Shown piece after piece: positions 60,518 to 64,000 of a DNA stretch of 64,000 nt. The notes under the pieces are model-generated. The model did no database searches and was not told where the DNA came from. It saw only the letters and a program-made list of their open reading frames with translations. Source of the stretch: Myxococcota bacterium (GTDB lineage Bacteria; Myxococcota_A; UBA9042; PHBI01; JAWLBL01); contig JAWLBL010000001.1 in the NCBI GenBank assembly GCA_041687695.1, positions 323,461 through 387,460 on the forward strand, written 5' to 3'. Positions within the stretch are counted from its first letter, which is position 1; the number at the start of each line of letters is the position of its first letter. Position numbers and translations under genes: made by a program.

Positions 60518-62851
60518 TCAGTCGCCCAGGCCGCGCGCGAGGCGGTGTCGCAGGCCCATCGCGACGAAGCAGGCGTGCTTGGCCAGCTGGCCGCGCCAGG
60601 CCTGCCCGTCCTGAGCGAGGCGCATCACGCCATGACGGTCGAAGTAGCTGATGGTGTGCGACGAGCGGTTGCCGCGCATCATCTCGAGGGCCGTCTCGAA
60701 CAGCTCGGGCAGGTGCCGGGCGGGGATGGGCCAGCGGGGCTCGCCGGTCAGCGCCAGCCAGGCGTCCCAGTACAGGCGCGGGTGGCGGGCCTCGAGCTGG
60801 TGGTAGATGCGCTCGGCCTCGTCGCGCTGGCCGAGGGCGAGGTGCGTCAGGGCCAGGTTCATCCAGGCACCCGAGCGGCCGGGCTTGCAGCGGACGGCCT
60901 CGGTCAGGTGCTCGAGGGCGGCGGGGAGGTCGCCGCGCAGGCGGGCCATCTCGCCGACGTAGACGTGGGTGGTGGCGCCGACGACCGGGGGGTAGACGTG
61001 GGCGCACTCGGCCAGCCGGAGGTCGGCCCGTTCGAAGTCGCGCTGCATGATGTGGACGGCGGCGCGGCCGACGAAGGACCAGCGGGCGGGGAAGCGCTCG
61101 AAGGCGGCCTCGAACAGGGCCAGCGAGCGCTCGTATCGGCCCAGCCACAGGTTCAGCTCGCCCCAGTAGCAGTGCGGGTGGGGCGAGTCGGGGAACTCGG
61201 CGGCGAGGCGCTCGAAGTCGCGCTCGAGGGCCTCGACCGGGGCGGTGCCCAGGCGCTTGATGACGTCCGAGGCGGCGTCGCGGCTGACCAGCGTGCGGTC
61301 GGCGGGGGGCGGCGGGACGGTGACCAGCCCCAGCGAGCCGTCGCGCGGGGGGCCGGGGCGCAGGCGCGTCAGGTGCTCGCCGCGGTTGCCGCCGAAGGTG
61401 TCGAGCAGCGCGGTCGCGACCTCGGAGACGTCGTCCTCGTGCTCGGACCAGGGCCCCATCGGCTCGCCGAGCTGCTCGAGCAGCGGCCCGAGGTGGGTGT
61501 CCTTCTCGACGCGGTTGTCGTCGCCGTTGAGGGCGGTGGTCAGCACGACGTGGATGGCGTGCTGGGCAACGGCGCGGGCCTGGTCGAGGTAGCGCTGGGC
61601 CTGGACGGGGTCGCCACGGCGGAAGAAGATCTCGGCCAGCCAGGTGACGCTCTCGCGGTCGCGGGGGTCGGCGGCGCGGGCGCGCTGGAACACCTCGGCC
61701 GCCTGTTCCCAGCGGCCCTCGAGCGCCAGCAGCGCGCCCTCGAGGCGCAGGGCCGCGGGGTCGTCGCTGGCCAGGGCGCCGACGCGGGCGAGCAGGGGGC
61801 GCGCCTGGGCCGGGCGGCCGGCCCACAAGAGCAGGCGGGCGAGATCGAGGGCGGCGCGGCGGTCGAGCGGCTCGCGCGAGCAGCGATCGCGCAGCGCGAG
61901 GTAGGCGTCGTCGACGGCGCCGCTGCGGACGAGGCGGTCGCAGACGCGGCGGAGGAGATCGTCGTCCTCGGGGCGGCTGAGCAGGGCCGCGCGGGCCCAG
62001 GCGACGGCGTCGTCGGCGTCGCCGCGCAGGCGGTGCAGATCCGACAGCTCGAGGCACACGTCGGCGCGCTCGAAGCCAAGCAGCGCGCCGAGGCCGTCGC
62101 GGTAGCGGGCGAGCGCCGCGTCGACGAAGCCCAGCTGCTTGAAGGCGACCGCGGCCGCGATGGCGAGGGCGCCCTGCCCTTCGTCGCTGGTGAGGTCGGC
62201 CGCGAGGGCCTGCAGGCGCCGCTGGTCCCCGACCACGCCGTAGGCGATGGGGGCGAGCCAGGCCGGCAGGTCCCGGGCATCGGCGTCGAGGCGTCGGAAG
62301 ACCTCGCCCCAGCGGCCGGCCATGATGTCGACGGCCAGGTCGACGCCGTCCAGGGCGGGGTCGGCCGCGTCGTCGGGGGCGACGGCCAGCTGGGCGGCGG
62401 CCTCGGGGTTGCGGACCGCGCCCAGCGCGCCGCAGACGCGGGCGAGGCGCTCCTCGGAGGGCGTCGCCGGGTAGCCGACCCGGTGGGCCGCGCCGAGCTG
62501 CTGGGTGCAGCTCCACCGGATGCGGGCCATGTGGTGGTGGAGGCCGGCGCGCTCGGCCGGGGTCATGGCCACGAAGCGGGGCACGGGCCGGCGCGTCAGG
62601 CCGGAGGGTCCGCGCGACACCTCGAAGCAGGCGAGCGAGGTCCCGTCGCGGCGGTGCAGTTCGAAGACGCGGCTGGCGCCGTCGGCGGTCTCGACGTGCA
62701 GGCGCAGCGCCGCCTCGAGGACGCGGGCGACGGCGCGCTGCACGGGCTGGCCGACCAGATCGGTGAGCCAGGCAGGCGGCGGCACCAGCGGCGTGAGGGG
62801 CGCCTCGGCCCGGCTGGACGCGGCGGCGGCGGACGCGCTCGTCCCGGTCAT
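60518..62851 (-). CDS. TPR-repeat protein (777 aa), paralogous to 58252-60516
   Basis: TPR-like helices; GGNRG, PDSPHP..Y.GELNLWLG, RWSFVG, MRGNRSS; ATG overlaps the stop of the upstream gene. Confidence 0.82.
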   Translation of the reverse strand: MTGTSASAAAASSRAEAPLTPLVPPPAWLTDLVGQPVQRAVARVLEAALRLHVETADGASRVFELHRRDGTSLACFEVSRGPSGLTRRPVPRFVAMTPAERAGLHHHMARIRWSCTQQLGAAHRVGYPATPSEERLARVCGALGAVRNPEAAAQLAVAPDDAADPALDGVDLAVDIMAGRWGEVFRRLDADARDLPAWLAPIAYGVVGDQRRLQALAADLTSDEGQGALAIAAAVAFKQLGFVDAALARYRDGLGALLGFERADVCLELSDLHRLRGDADDAVAWARAALLSRPEDDDLLRRVCDRLVRSGAVDDAYLALRDRCSREPLDRRAALDLARLLLWAGRPAQARPLLARVGALASDDPAALRLEGALLALEGRWEQAAEVFQRARAADPRDRESVTWLAEIFFRRGDPVQAQRYLDQARAVAQHAIHVVLTTALNGDDNRVEKDTHLGPLLEQLGEPMGPWSEHEDDVSEVATALLDTFGGNRGEHLTRLRPGPPRDGSLGLVTVPPPPADRTLVSRDAASDVIKRLGTAPVEALERDFERLAAEFPDSPHPHCYWGELNLWLGRYERSLALFEAAFERFPARWSFVGRAAVHIMQRDFERADLRLAECAHVYPPVVGATTHVYVGEMARLRGDLPAALEHLTEAVRCKPGRSGAWMNLALTHLALGQRDEAERIYHQLEARHPRLYWDAWLALTGEPRWPIPARHLPELFETALEMMRGNRSSHTISYFDRHGVMRLAQDGQAWRGQLAKHACFVAMGLRHRLARGLGD

Positions 62852-64000
62852 CGGCGAGGCCCCGTGTCGCGGCGGACGCCCGAGTCACGGCGGACGCCGG
62901 GCTTGCGGCCCGGGTTGAAGCGTTGGAGCAGGACGGTCAGCACCTCGTGGGTGGTCCGTCCGAAGCGGTGCTCGTCGATCAATCGCAGATAGTGCGCCCC
63001 CGGGTCGGCATGGGGCTCGAACAGGTGCCGGGCGCGGGCGCGGAGGTAGGCCTGCCAGGCGTTCGGTCCGTACGCGGGGAGCGCATGGGTGAGCAAGGTG
63101 TCGACCTCCGGCGGACGCGGCGGTACGGCCAGCCGCTCGATGGGCTCGGAGCGAGCGCCGCGCTCGTAGGAGGCGCGGGGATGGAAGCCCCGGGCCATGC
63201 GAGCCTCGCTCAGGCCGAGCTCGTCGTACTCGGGCACGCCCGGCGGGATGGCCGGGTGGCGCGAGGACAGGGCGAACACGGGCTCATCGGCCCAGGCGTC
63301 GGCGAAGAAGGCGCCGTCGGGGGCGACGACCTCGACCAGGAAGTGGCCGGAGGTCTGGGTGTCGGGCTCGTAGGTGTTGAACGGGTAGACCACGTCGAAG
63401 AACTCGGCGAGCAGCCGGCCGAGCAGGTAGTTCTGCCCTTCGCAGCTGACGAGGCCGCGCATCATGCGGGCGAGGGCCGTGCGCGGGAAGTCGTCGTCCT
63501 GGAAGGACTCGGTCAGGTGGGCCGAGACGGCGCGCTGGTTGACCAGCAGCTGGCGGACGACGGCGGCGCAGGCCAGGGCGGCGCTGAGGCCGCCGCCGTT
63601 GGTCTGCCGGATGCGGGCGACGGTGTTGGCGATCCAGGTGCAGGAGACCCAGCGATCGAGCCGGTGGACGGCGTCGCGCGTGGCGGGCGGGACGCGGGCG
63701 GTCCAGCCGGCGCGGTCGGGCGTGAAGTAGTCGGGGTGGTAGGCGACCAGGTAGCGGGCGACGTCCAGGGCCTCGTTGCGGGGCCTGGGGCGGGGACGGC
63801 GCAGGCGCTGGATGACGGCGCGCTCGACGGGGGACGGGTCGGGGTTGTCGGAGTGGTAGTCGAGCGGGGCGGCGACGGTGATGGTCGGGTTCTCGAGGAT
63901 GCGGACGGCGGTCGAGTAGTTGGGGTGGCCGGTGTGCAGCGACAGGGCGTGGGCGATGACCACGTCGCCGGCGCGGCCGTGGAACTCCTGCACGTCGGTG
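62848..64000 (-). CDS. Fusion of a phytanoyl-CoA dioxygenase (PhyH)-like domain (only its C-terminal end is visible) and a transglutaminase-like Cys-His-Asp domain; 5' end outside the window
   Basis: Frame open to the window edge; GRAGDVVIAHALSLHTGHPN....R; then GLVSCEGQNYLL ... GHFLVEV ... FFADAW. Confidence 0.7.
   Translation of the reverse strand, partial: TDVQEFHGRAGDVVIAHALSLHTGHPNYSTAVRILENPTITVAAPLDYHSDNPDPSPVERAVIQRLRRPRPRPRNEALDVARYLVAYHPDYFTPDRAGWTARVPPATRDAVHRLDRWVSCTWIANTVARIRQTNGGGLSAALACAAVVRQLLVNQRAVSAHLTESFQDDDFPRTALARMMRGLVSCEGQNYLLGRLLAEFFDVVYPFNTYEPDTQTSGHFLVEVVAPDGAFFADAWADEPVFALSSRHPAIPPGVPEYDELGLSEARMARGFHPRASYERGARSEPIERLAVPPRPPEVDTLLTHALPAYGPNAWQAYLRARARHLFEPHADPGAHYLRLIDEHRFGRTTHEVLTVLLQRFNPGRKPGVRRDSGVRRDTGPRR

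Overview
Very GC-rich bacterial DNA (about 70-75% by eye). Gene content is typical of a Myxococcota/deltaproteobacterial genome: many Cys-rich and Ig-domain surface lipoproteins and a sigma-54 promoter. About 41 plausible CDSs are present; most long ORFs in the six-frame track are antisense or off-frame shadows. Recognisable genes are boxR-boxC-boxB (aerobic benzoyl-CoA epoxidation), an acyl-CoA dehydrogenase, DUF1015, a class II glutamine amidotransferase, a HelD-like ATPase with a HrpA-like helicase, gpmI, a NYN-LOTUS nuclease with a tandem-MerR regulator, an acyl-CoA ligase, an Slt-type transglycosylase, a hyaluronan-synthase-like GT2, a 2OG-Fe(II) oxygenase, two identical initiator tRNA-Met genes, a VapBC module and glgP. 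The most unusual features are: (1) a patch of apparently lower GC behind the tRNAs, where an all-helical DUF6261-like gene is followed by a non-coding array of eight 13-bp quasi-palindromes at 42-44 bp spacing, with hairpin spacers and a perfect 61-bp palindrome; (2) a lipoprotein with glucan-water-dikinase-like domain order beside a lamin-tail-domain lipoprotein; (3) a cluster of DUF483, two paralogous TPR proteins and a PhyH-transglutaminase fusion at the right edge; (4) a perfect FNR box in the boxR-boxC intergenic region. All family assignments come from motif recognition by eye; no database searches were run.
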